Of a DNA stretch of 19,951 nucleotides, positions 1 through 7,446 are shown piece after piece; position 1 is the first letter of the stretch; each line of letters opens with the position of its first letter. The DNA is from Myxococcota bacterium. Its GTDB lineage: Bacteria; Myxococcota; UBA4151. Below the pieces are notes generated by a model that was given only the letters and a program-made list of their open reading frames with translations, was not told where the DNA came from and searched no databases. A program made the translations under genes and the position numbers. The stretch is from positions 1-19,951 of the forward strand of contig JBDQPD010000063.1 of assembly GCA_040260805.1 (NCBI GenBank), written 5' to 3'.

Positions 1-344
1 GGGGTTACGATCGATTTGAGGGATGGGACACGTAGGAGTGCACACGGCACCCCTGCGCAGGTGGAATCGCTACCCTACTACCCTGCCGGCACTCCAGGCA
101 CCCTGCAGTCTACTCAGGGGTCGAACGTCGTGTGCGAGGCAGTGTACACGAGGTACGACCCGTACAACGCCAACGTGCTGGAGCACTACCTGATGATCAC
201 GTACAAGGCCATCGATATGCTCACGCTCACAGGCATCTACTTCTCGCCGCCCAACTCCAGTCTGGAGGTGCGAACGAGAATCCGTCGCGCCATGGACCGG
301 GCGACGCGTTGCTTGAACACTGCCAAACGCATCGCTGCGGAGGT
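1..344 (+). other. Coding-like segment of unknown identity (frame 1, open from the window edge), abutting the ribA 3' fragment
   Basis: Frame 1 is open from base 1 (GVTIDLRDGTRR...VYTRYDPYNANVLEHYLMITYKAIDML...). Third codon positions are strongly G/C-biased (e.g. tac acg agg tac gac ccg tac aac gcc aac gtg ctg gag cac tac ctg). No family recognised. The frame runs on to a stop at 438, out of frame over ribA. Confidence 0.4.
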
Positions 345-641
345 GCGAATCGAGCGCTCGGATTGCCAGACGATTTGCGTTCGTATGACTCAGCCAACGC
401 CATCCTCAACCTGCTCGGCGTCAAGAGCGTTCGGCTGATGACCAACAACCCAGATAAGTTGCGCAGCGTGCGAGAAGCGGGTCTTTTAGCCGAGCGCGAG
501 CCTCATCTCCAGCCTGTGGGTGATCTGGCTCAGCGCTACGTGAGAACCAAACAACATCGAATGGGTCATCTCAACGAGGGGGCTAGCGACACTCGCCCCC
601 TCTTTCTGACTGAGTTCAACTCGCTGCTAAGCGCTTCTTGA
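345..641 (+). pseudogene. ribA: 3' fragment of GTP cyclohydrolase II (RibA C-terminus); N-terminal catalytic portion missing
   Basis: ANRALGLPDDLRSYDSANAILNLLGVKSVRLMTNNPDK...YVRTKQHRMGHL matches the RibA C-terminal signatures (AN.aLG...D.R.Y, vrLmTNNP.K, Yl.tK..rmGH). The upstream RxHSEC/RCDC and EGRGIG motifs were not found in the forward frames of 1-344. Confidence 0.85.
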
Positions 642-1654
642 CCGAGCGTGCACCGATGAGCAGTCGTCAGCGCATAGCCATTGTGGGCGCCGGCATGGCA
701 GGTCTTAGCGCCGCTGGCGAGCTAGCCAAGCGGGGTTATGAAGTGGTGGTGTTTGAGAAGTCTCGGGGGCCAGGCGGGCGGTCATGCTCTAGGCGTCGTG
801 AAGGGGGAAGTTTCGATCACGGTGCACCCTTCTTCGAAGTGCGAAGCCCTGCCTTTACGGGCGCCGTCCGCCGCTGGCATCTTCACGGTATTGTGGTTCA
901 ATGGGACGGCGACTTTGGCGTCGCCCGAGGCGGCGGAATTCAGAGGGAACACCATTCGGACGAGCGCTGGGTCGGACAACCGAAAATGAGCTCAATCGGT
1001 CGGTATCTTGCGAGCGGTCTGAACCTTCACGTGAGCACCCGCATCATCAGCCTGAGTGGCGACCCTGGCGCTTGGGTGCTGACTGATGGCGCAGGGACCG
1101 AACACGGACCCTTTGATTGGGTGGTGCTGAGCTGTCCGGGGCCACAAGCTCGTACGCTGCTGCCTGAGGCGTGCCCACTTGCGGAAGAAGCCAGCCACAT
1201 GAGGTACTCGACGACGTGGGTCGCCATGCTTGAGTTCGAGGATCCACTCGATCTCGAATGGGACGCTATACGGTTTATCAGAGGGACGCTCGGAGCTGCG
1301 TATCGAAACTCAAGCAAACCCGAACGAGGAGCGCAAGAGCGCTGGGTTCTCCATGCAGACAGTCAGTGGAGCGCAATCCACCAGGAGCGCTCTCAACACT
1401 GGGTCGGCGCTGCGCTGAGTGAATCTTTTTCATCCTGGACTGGCGCCTCTCCAAGCTTTGTGTCGGCTCATCGTTGGCTCTACGCTCAAAGCCAGCTTCG
1501 GGGCATCCGTCTCGCCATGGCGGACAGCCAGTGGCAGCTAGGATTGTGCGGTGATGGATTAGCCGGTTCGGGGCTAGATGCCGCCTGGTCGAGTGGCGTG
1601 ACCATGGCGGAAGATATCCACCTCAGTCAAAGATCGAAGGCTTCGCACCACTAG
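638..1654 (+). CDS. Renalase-like NAD(P)/FAD-dependent oxidoreductase (COG3380 type)
   Basis: N-terminal Rossmann motif IAIVGAGMAGLSAA, then VFEKSRGPGGR, FDHGAPFF, WVLHA, AHRWLYA and a C-terminal LCGDGLAGSGLDAAWSSG. The TTG start overlaps the ribA stop (TTGA); alternative ATG at 656. Confidence 0.88.
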   Translation: MTERAPMSSRQRIAIVGAGMAGLSAAGELAKRGYEVVVFEKSRGPGGRSCSRRREGGSFDHGAPFFEVRSPAFTGAVRRWHLHGIVVQWDGDFGVARGGGIQREHHSDERWVGQPKMSSIGRYLASGLNLHVSTRIISLSGDPGAWVLTDGAGTEHGPFDWVVLSCPGPQARTLLPEACPLAEEASHMRYSTTWVAMLEFEDPLDLEWDAIRFIRGTLGAAYRNSSKPERGAQERWVLHADSQWSAIHQERSQHWVGAALSESFSSWTGASPSFVSAHRWLYAQSQLRGIRLAMADSQWQLGLCGDGLAGSGLDAAWSSGVTMAEDIHLSQRSKASHH

Positions 1655-2597
1655 GCGCCGGAGCCTTGGGCTCGCACCAGCCCTCGCTCAGCCTTTGGCG
1701 AGCCCGAGCCAAGTCAATCGAATCGTCGCAACGTGTCGGCCATGACGGATTGGCTGCTGTCCATACGATTCTCGAGCCACAGGCTTCATGGACAATCAAA
1801 CCCGCCTGGAACAGATCCTCAAAAGGTCCATCCACCGAGAGAGTCGCCAGCCATTCGTAAGGTTGATTGCCGGCGCATATCGACTGTGCGAACTGACTTA
1901 ACCGCTCCTGATCAACTCGCCTGGCTCGATGTGGAAGCGCAGGACATTTTCCATCAAAGCGAAGCGCGGCTACAGAGCACATGGGGTCATACTCCTCGTG
2001 ATTCATACGCCACCGATCGCCGTACCGGCCTTGAATCAGGACCTGGAACGCCTCGGAGCGCCACCAAAGGGTGACCGCAAAACCCTCACCCTTGCGCACC
2101 TCATCCAAGGGGCGAGGAAGATGACCGCCCCCGAAGGTTGGCACGTCAAAACGTAAACCGTGGGGCGGCGAGGAATCTGGCGCAAGCAAAACGAAGCTGG
2201 AAAATTCCTGTTGGGCGGCAGCGACGATCACCTGTGCCACTGTTCGAGCGGGGACGTCGGCGCCCACCATGATGTTCATCGCGCCCTTTGACCTCGCCTG
2301 GGATCCCATCAACCGGTCGTGTACCGCTCGAAACTTGGTCTTGAGTTGCCTGTTGGCAGCCAGGTCCAAAGTGGCGAGCCTGGATTTCTTGAATCGTACG
2401 ACGCGATAACCCCTACGTTTTGCCCAGAAACGCTTCCAGTTCAGGCGCCTGCTTTCGTTGATCGCAATGGCGTCTTTGGTGATGATCACGCTCGGGCCAT
2501 CGAGCGGGCGATCAGGGCCTCGCAGCCCATCTGCAGACGCCGAACCCGCACCACCCAGAACCCAAAGGGTCAGCGTCACGATGTATGAACAGCGCAC
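1623..2597 (-). CDS. Secreted hypothetical protein with an ExbD/TolR-like segment
   Basis: Signal-peptide-like N-terminus (IVTLTLWVLGGAGSASA). NIMVGADVPARTVAQVIVAAAQQEFSSFVL resembles the ExbD/TolR periplasmic motif (i.aD..vpy..v.qvm.aa..ag...v.l). Several Cys in the C-terminal half. Confidence 0.55.
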   Translation of the reverse strand: MRCSYIVTLTLWVLGGAGSASADGLRGPDRPLDGPSVIITKDAIAINESRRLNWKRFWAKRRGYRVVRFKKSRLATLDLAANRQLKTKFRAVHDRLMGSQARSKGAMNIMVGADVPARTVAQVIVAAAQQEFSSFVLLAPDSSPPHGLRFDVPTFGGGHLPRPLDEVRKGEGFAVTLWWRSEAFQVLIQGRYGDRWRMNHEEYDPMCSVAALRFDGKCPALPHRARRVDQERLSQFAQSICAGNQPYEWLATLSVDGPFEDLFQAGLIVHEACGSRIVWTAANPSWPTRCDDSIDLARARQRLSEGWCEPKAPAPSGAKPSIFD

Positions 2598-2717
2598 TGG
2601 TGAGCCCCCCTCATCATCGACTGCTATCGCTCAGAACTCGCGCAGCCTGGCGTGACAAACACGCGTTGCGGTTCCATAATCACCCTAATCGATTCATCAT
2701 TCGGGTGCCACCAGCAT

Positions 2718-3167
2718 ATGCCTCTTGCGCCATCTGATCGCGAACCTAAAGCCCGTGCGCTCGGCAAGGCGTTGATCACCTCATGGCCGGTTTGGTGGGC
2801 GATTGCGGTGGTCACTTGGATGATCACCAACCACAACAGCTCGCCACCTGACCCTGCCTTGGTCGGGACCGAGACGTACGGGCACAACCAAACCGGCGAT
2901 TTATCGATGTATACCCGATGGACATTGATAGAATTTCTTTGGGTCATGATCACCACCAAGCCATGGTCCAAAACCCATCAATCCAGAGGGTATCTAATCG
3001 CTTTTGCGACGCTGGTCCCTTGGGCGCTTTTCTGTACACTGATCAGCCTTCACGGCGGCACGATTAATGGGATCCATCTTCTGGGGGTCTACGGGCTGAT
3101 CATCAGCTTGGGCATCGCCTACTCGAGGACTTCAAGGTCAGACGGCGTAGTCACCACAAGCTCCTAG
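2718..3167 (+). CDS. Hypothetical integral membrane protein (about 4 TM segments)
   Basis: Hydrophobic segments WPVWWAIAVVTWMI, WTLIEFLWVMI, YLIAFATLVPWALFCTLISL and IHLLGVYGLIISLGIAY. ATG 2718 preferred over GTG 2652, but the start is uncertain. Confidence 0.65.
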   Translation: MPLAPSDREPKARALGKALITSWPVWWAIAVVTWMITNHNSSPPDPALVGTETYGHNQTGDLSMYTRWTLIEFLWVMITTKPWSKTHQSRGYLIAFATLVPWALFCTLISLHGGTINGIHLLGVYGLIISLGIAYSRTSRSDGVVTTSS

Positions 3168-3646
3168 AGGCTTGCGCTGAGATCGTCTGGGCGCTGCTGA
3201 TGTTTGTCCGCTTCGCTCCCCCTGAATCGAGCTGGGACCCACAATTCGCTAGCGACTAAAACCCCTGCGGCGAAGACGAATTGCAGAGGCATTCGAACCC
3301 ATAAAATCCATCGCTCTTTAGCCATTCCATCCAAGTACACATCATTGACCAACATATGAATATTCGCAGGATACACAGCGACCAACAACGCCAACAAACC
3401 GATCCCTGCGAGCCGTCGGAATCGAGGAATAAGTAAGCCTGCGCCGCCGAGAATCTCAAAGACACCGCTGAGGTACACCAGCGCTAGCGGCGATGGCAGA
3501 TAGCTCGGCACGATCCCTACAAACAGGTTCGGGTCTCTGAAATGTTCGACGCCCACTGCAATGAATGAGAGCCCAACGAGCCATCTCAGCACCGCTGCTC
3601 TTTGAGCGTTATCCATCGTGTACGCTTTGTGCGGCATGGCAATCAC
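3164..3646 (-). CDS. DoxX-like family membrane protein (COG4270 type)
   Basis: Motifs GVEHF..P..FVGIVPSYLP, LVYLSGVFEILGGAGLLIP..RRLAGIGLLALLVAVYPANIHM and WVRMPLQ are typical of this family. Start may be a downstream Met. Confidence 0.85.
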   Translation of the reverse strand: MIAMPHKAYTMDNAQRAAVLRWLVGLSFIAVGVEHFRDPNLFVGIVPSYLPSPLALVYLSGVFEILGGAGLLIPRFRRLAGIGLLALLVAVYPANIHMLVNDVYLDGMAKERWILWVRMPLQFVFAAGVLVASELWVPARFRGSEADKHQQRPDDLSASL

Positions 3647-3867
3647 CCAATCGCTTACGCATCCAAGCTAGTGCAAATTTGTCAAACTGCCGAGCCATGA
3701 TCAAAGGCTGGAAACGGTTACTCACCAAAATCCGTTCACGCAGTGGCCGTTTTGGCCTTATTTTTTGTTTTTTATGACCGCTTTGTACGTTTTTTTGTTG
3801 CAAATACCCAATAACCGTCTAAAACGTTCACCAAGTGGCACACTTCAAGTGCTGAAAGGACCTTCCG
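3647..3867. promoter_or_regulatory. Divergent promoter region between the DoxX-like and fasciclin genes
   Basis: Non-coding gap between divergent genes, with T-tracts at 3758-3800 that are unusual in this GC-rich window. Shine-Dalgarno-like GAAAGGA lies 7 nt before TTG 3868. Confidence 0.55.
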
Positions 3868-5292
3868 TTGAACTCACTTATTTTGAACCGAACTTTATTC
3901 CTAGGGCTTGCCTTCACTGGGCTGGTTATGGCGACCGGCTGCTCAGAAGAGGCAGACACTCCGGCAGACGCAGGCCCCGTGGCAACCCCTGAGACGGACG
4001 CTGGAACCGCACCCACCACCAACACCCTCGCCGACATCGCCTCTGCAGATCCTCAGTTCTCGCTGCTGCTGGCGGCTGCGGTCAAAGCGGACCTGGTCGG
4101 TGTGTTGTCGGGCGCTGAACCGGTGACCGTCTTTGCGCCGACCAACGACGCCTTCGCAGCGTCAGGGCTCGACGCCGCTGCTGTCGAGGCGCTGACCGCT
4201 GAGCAGGCGCGAGGTATTCTGTCCTACCATGCGGTTCCCGGAACGATCGCTTCGACTGATCTCTCCGCCGGTATCGTGACGACCGTCGCACAGCTCTCGC
4301 TGGTCGTCGGCACCGAAGGCGGCGTGACGCTCAACGGCGGAAACGCAGTCACTGGTGGCGCCAACGTGGTGACCGCCGACGTACCTGCCGACAACGGCAT
4401 GGTTCACGTGATCGATCGTGTCTTGCTGCCCCCGACGGTCGCTGACCTGACTCGCTACGCAGGATTGACCGAACTCGGCGCAGCGGTCGCAGCAGCCGGC
4501 CTCGCCGACACCCTCTCGGGTGAGGGCCCGTTCACGGTGTTTGCACCAACCAATGACGCCTTCCCGGACGACGTCACCGGACTCGACGTGACCCAGATCC
4601 TGACCTACCACGTGCTGTCAGGATCCGTCGCCTCGTCGGACGTGACCGCTGGTCCGGTCACCACCCTCGCCACCCAATCCTTTGGCGAAGGTGATGGCGC
4701 AACGAGCATCAACTTGAGCGCCTTGATCGACACCTCAAATGGCGTCCGCATCAACGATACGGCGAACGTCGTCATCGCCGACGTCCGGGCGACCAACGGG
4801 ATCGTGCATGTCATCGATGGCGTTCTGCTCCCGCTGAACGTCGCTCAAGTCGCCGTCGTCGGAGGATTTACCCAGCTCGTGGCAGCCGTCGGTGCATCGG
4901 ATCCTATCCCTGCACAGATCGCTGGCGGCGACCAAGCCGTACCGGTCCTCGATGCGCTCTCGACGCTCAGCGCTTTGACTGTCTTTGCTCCGTCGGATGA
5001 TGCGTTCGGCGCAGCCTTCCCGGATGGCCTGCCGGCAGACGGTGGAGCGATTCTTGGGGTCTTAGCCGGTCACGTTCTGGCAGGCGCAGCTCCAGTATTG
5101 GCAGCGGGCATTCCTGCGGACGCAACCGCTCAGGTCCCAGCGCTGGTCGGAAACCTGACCTTTGACTCAAGCGCTACGCCCCCGACGGTCTCACTCGTCG
5201 AGGGCTCTACAGCGAACATCGTGGCGACCGACATCGGTGCAACGAATGGTGTCGTCCATGTGATTGATGCGGTGCTTGTGTCGAACCCCTAA
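3868..5292 (+). CDS. Lipoprotein with three fasciclin (FAS1) domains
   Basis: Lipobox-like MATGC after a hydrophobic stretch. Three H1 motifs (TVFAPTNDAF twice, TVFAPSDDAF) and three H2 motifs (NGMVHVIDRVL, NGIVHVIDGVL, NGVVHVIDAVL). Confidence 0.95.
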   Translation: MNSLILNRTLFLGLAFTGLVMATGCSEEADTPADAGPVATPETDAGTAPTTNTLADIASADPQFSLLLAAAVKADLVGVLSGAEPVTVFAPTNDAFAASGLDAAAVEALTAEQARGILSYHAVPGTIASTDLSAGIVTTVAQLSLVVGTEGGVTLNGGNAVTGGANVVTADVPADNGMVHVIDRVLLPPTVADLTRYAGLTELGAAVAAAGLADTLSGEGPFTVFAPTNDAFPDDVTGLDVTQILTYHVLSGSVASSDVTAGPVTTLATQSFGEGDGATSINLSALIDTSNGVRINDTANVVIADVRATNGIVHVIDGVLLPLNVAQVAVVGGFTQLVAAVGASDPIPAQIAGGDQAVPVLDALSTLSALTVFAPSDDAFGAAFPDGLPADGGAILGVLAGHVLAGAAPVLAAGIPADATAQVPALVGNLTFDSSATPPTVSLVEGSTANIVATDIGATNGVVHVIDAVLVSNP

Positions 5293-5314
5293 GGGCACAG
5301 GCTTCGCAGCAAGG

Positions 5315-5349
5315 AGGGTCGTCCCGGAAACGGGGCGATTCTTTTTTTT
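5315..5349 (+). terminator. Rho-independent terminator of the fasciclin gene
   Basis: Stem AGGGTCGTCCCG / GAAA loop / CGGGGCGATTCT (with G-U pairs) followed by a T8 run, about 20 nt after the stop codon. Confidence 0.85.
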
Positions 5350-5480
5350 GCGCAGCAGCAGCGAACTCGCCGATGAGCTCCCCAGAGCATGTCAGTTCAG
5401 TACCCTTTTGTTGGTGGGCGCCTTTCCGGTTACGCGGCGTAGGAAAGCATTAGCCGCGACGGTGAGGGCATCAAAGATGC

Positions 5481-5516
5481 AGATAAAGGAGGAAGGTACC
5501 GATGCACCTCCCTCCT
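5481..5516 (-). terminator. Probable terminator of the minus-strand lipoprotein gene
   Basis: On the minus strand, GGAGGGAGGT-gcatcggt-ACCTTCCTCC hairpin followed by TTTATCT, about 20 nt downstream of the stop at 5537. One pair works as G-U only in this orientation. Confidence 0.55.
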
Positions 5517-5536
5517 CATGATGCTCTATTCGGCAG

Positions 5537-7276
5537 TTAGTTCGCCGAAAGAACCGCATCGACAGCCGAGGCTGCCCAGTTGTAGAGCCGGACCTCTGTG
5601 GCGCTCTCCACTCGAAGCTCAAGATAGCCGCGAGCTGACCGCAGCATCTGAACGCCGCTTTGCTCCTCATAAGGGACGAACAGCATCATCAACTCGTGGT
5701 TGGAGATGGCCTTCACGAAGTGGCGATCATAACCCGGTCCAATCGGACCCGTGAACTGTGTGTAAGGGGCGACTCTTTGACCTTCATTGCTCACGCACTG
5801 AAGGTTCCCCACCAGGCTTTCGTCTTCGAAAAAGATGCTACCAAAAGAGCCGTCCGGAAAGGCCAGTGAAGCGATCTCTGTTGGCTCATGCTCGGTGTAA
5901 ACCTGAGAAGCGCTGACAAGCTCTCCTGCAGAGTTCAACACCGCATAGGCGGTGCTGTCTGGGCCACCATACTCAAAGCTACAGAGCCAATTTCCGTTAG
6001 CTGACTGTGAGATGCTGTTGAGGTAACTGTAGGTGTTTGACAGCAAAACATCAGCAACGACATCCCCGGTCGGAGCCACAACCATGGCGCGAGTCTCAGA
6101 GTTGTAATTATTCCAGCGGTCTCCTCCGAGCGCACTCACCGCTTCCAGCAAGATGTTGAGATTTCCATCTGCGTTGACGCTCATCGCCGGTTCAGACCCA
6201 AGCCCTAATCCTGCCCAAGTTTGACTTGCCGTAATGGTATTAGCCGCGTTGTAGATGTCGAGCTGCAGAGCATACTCATAGGTCGGTTCTTCGCCCTGGG
6301 CTGGAGGATCGGCAGGAATCTCGGTGGCTGTGCTGTGCAGCAAGGCAAAGCCATCGCCGATAGCGGCGAGACCAAAGTATGTGCCATCCAAAACACTCAC
6401 CGCGTCATCAAATCGGGTTGAGGAGATCAAATCACCAGCGGCATCATAGCGCCGAAGGTCCACTTGCGCGGGGACTGCAGGGATTAGTTCACCTGTTTCT
6501 GGGTCCTGGCTCTCAGCGACAGAATCTCGGTCGACAGCCATCAAAATATCGCCATTCGCAAGGGTTACCAGTGGGGTTCGCTCTCGCCAACCGTCATCGC
6601 AATCAATACCGGTAAGGACTCTCGGAGCGACCGTGGTCGCTCCAGCAAGGTCAATAACGGTGTAATAAAGGGCTGTGCTTGTGTCTTGCCGATCGACGCC
6701 CAAAGGTGCCCCGCAAAAGAGAAGCGCAAAGTTTCCGTCGTTGAGCTCTGTGACATTCAAATCACCGTCAATACTCACTGAATCGACAACGGTGATCTGC
6801 GAGATAAACGGACTGAAGAGTTGGCTGTACTCCGCGTGGTCGATGACTTGGCCGTTAACCACCACCTGTGCGTAATAACTAAGATTTTCTGATGCTTGTG
6901 TGAGGTCAAGCGACAGGTACGCGCCCGGTTCAATGCGGCCTGAGGCGGCGAGCATGGCACGACCGTCTCTACCGTTACAAAGGAACGTGCTCTCATCGAC
7001 TTCATCCGCGTCGAGAACGCCGTTATTCGCCGTCCCTTCACCGTCATCCAAACCGGTCTTGAACAGTTGACCACCGAAATTGCAGCCATCCACGCCATCG
7101 GTAGCGTCTGGGTTCGCCTCAACGTTCGTCACCGCAACTAGAACGTCGTAACCATCAGCGCCATCAGCGCCACTCGTCCCCGCTGCGCCAACTTTTCCGT
7201 CGTCGCCTGTGCAACCTGCAAAGGTTGAAATCATGGTGGTGAAAAGTAGAGCAACACGTGCTTGTTGGTAATTCAT
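5537..7276 (-). CDS. Acidic surface lipoprotein with a short collagen-like G-X-Y linker, a Cys-bracketed 'GG..G.DD..NGVLD..EV' module and a beta-rich C-terminal region
   Basis: Start reassigned to ATG 7276 (AAGGA SD upstream; signal MNYQQARVALLFTTMISTFAGC with lipobox FAGC). GDDGKVGAAGTSGADGADG triplets, then CNFGGQLFKTGLDDGEGTANNGVLDADEVDESTFLCNG, which resembles a module common in deltaproteobacterial lipoproteins (DUF7151-like). The remainder may be a beta-propeller (inference). Confidence 0.75.
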   Translation of the reverse strand: MNYQQARVALLFTTMISTFAGCTGDDGKVGAAGTSGADGADGYDVLVAVTNVEANPDATDGVDGCNFGGQLFKTGLDDGEGTANNGVLDADEVDESTFLCNGRDGRAMLAASGRIEPGAYLSLDLTQASENLSYYAQVVVNGQVIDHAEYSQLFSPFISQITVVDSVSIDGDLNVTELNDGNFALLFCGAPLGVDRQDTSTALYYTVIDLAGATTVAPRVLTGIDCDDGWRERTPLVTLANGDILMAVDRDSVAESQDPETGELIPAVPAQVDLRRYDAAGDLISSTRFDDAVSVLDGTYFGLAAIGDGFALLHSTATEIPADPPAQGEEPTYEYALQLDIYNAANTITASQTWAGLGLGSEPAMSVNADGNLNILLEAVSALGGDRWNNYNSETRAMVVAPTGDVVADVLLSNTYSYLNSISQSANGNWLCSFEYGGPDSTAYAVLNSAGELVSASQVYTEHEPTEIASLAFPDGSFGSIFFEDESLVGNLQCVSNEGQRVAPYTQFTGPIGPGYDRHFVKAISNHELMMLFVPYEEQSGVQMLRSARGYLELRVESATEVRLYNWAASAVDAVLSAN

Positions 7277-7446
7277 GAGCGGACTTCCTTTGCGTAAGGC
7301 GGCGCTCCTATCTGGAGTTCGTCTAAGAGTACAGAAGCTCATGAGGGGGGCTATCGTTTTATGGATGGATCCATCACCAAAAAGAACCTGATGAGCGCTC
7401 TCCATCGACGATAACAACCATTAATATTTAGAGCGTTTTCTGGGTT

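Noticed and set aside
1..100. Group II intron 3' end (CTACCCTAC at about 70-78) explaining the broken ribA
   Set aside because: No recognisable domain V hairpin precedes it, and it is about 265 nt away from the ribA junction.
132..344. N-terminal part of ORF 132..641 as a genuine RibA N-terminus
   Set aside because: The His/Arg-rich translation lacks all RibA catalytic motifs, and codon bias favours frame 1 in this stretch.
5485..5540. Small peptide MHLPPHDALFGS behind a perfect AAAGGAGG SD
   Set aside because: The SD-like sequence is one arm of a hairpin better explained as the minus-strand terminator. It lies downstream of a strong plus-strand terminator with no evident promoter.
7277..7417. 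N-terminal extension of the 626-aa ORF
   Set aside because: The SD and lipoprotein signal peptide point to ATG 7276, so the extension is probably intergenic/promoter sequence.
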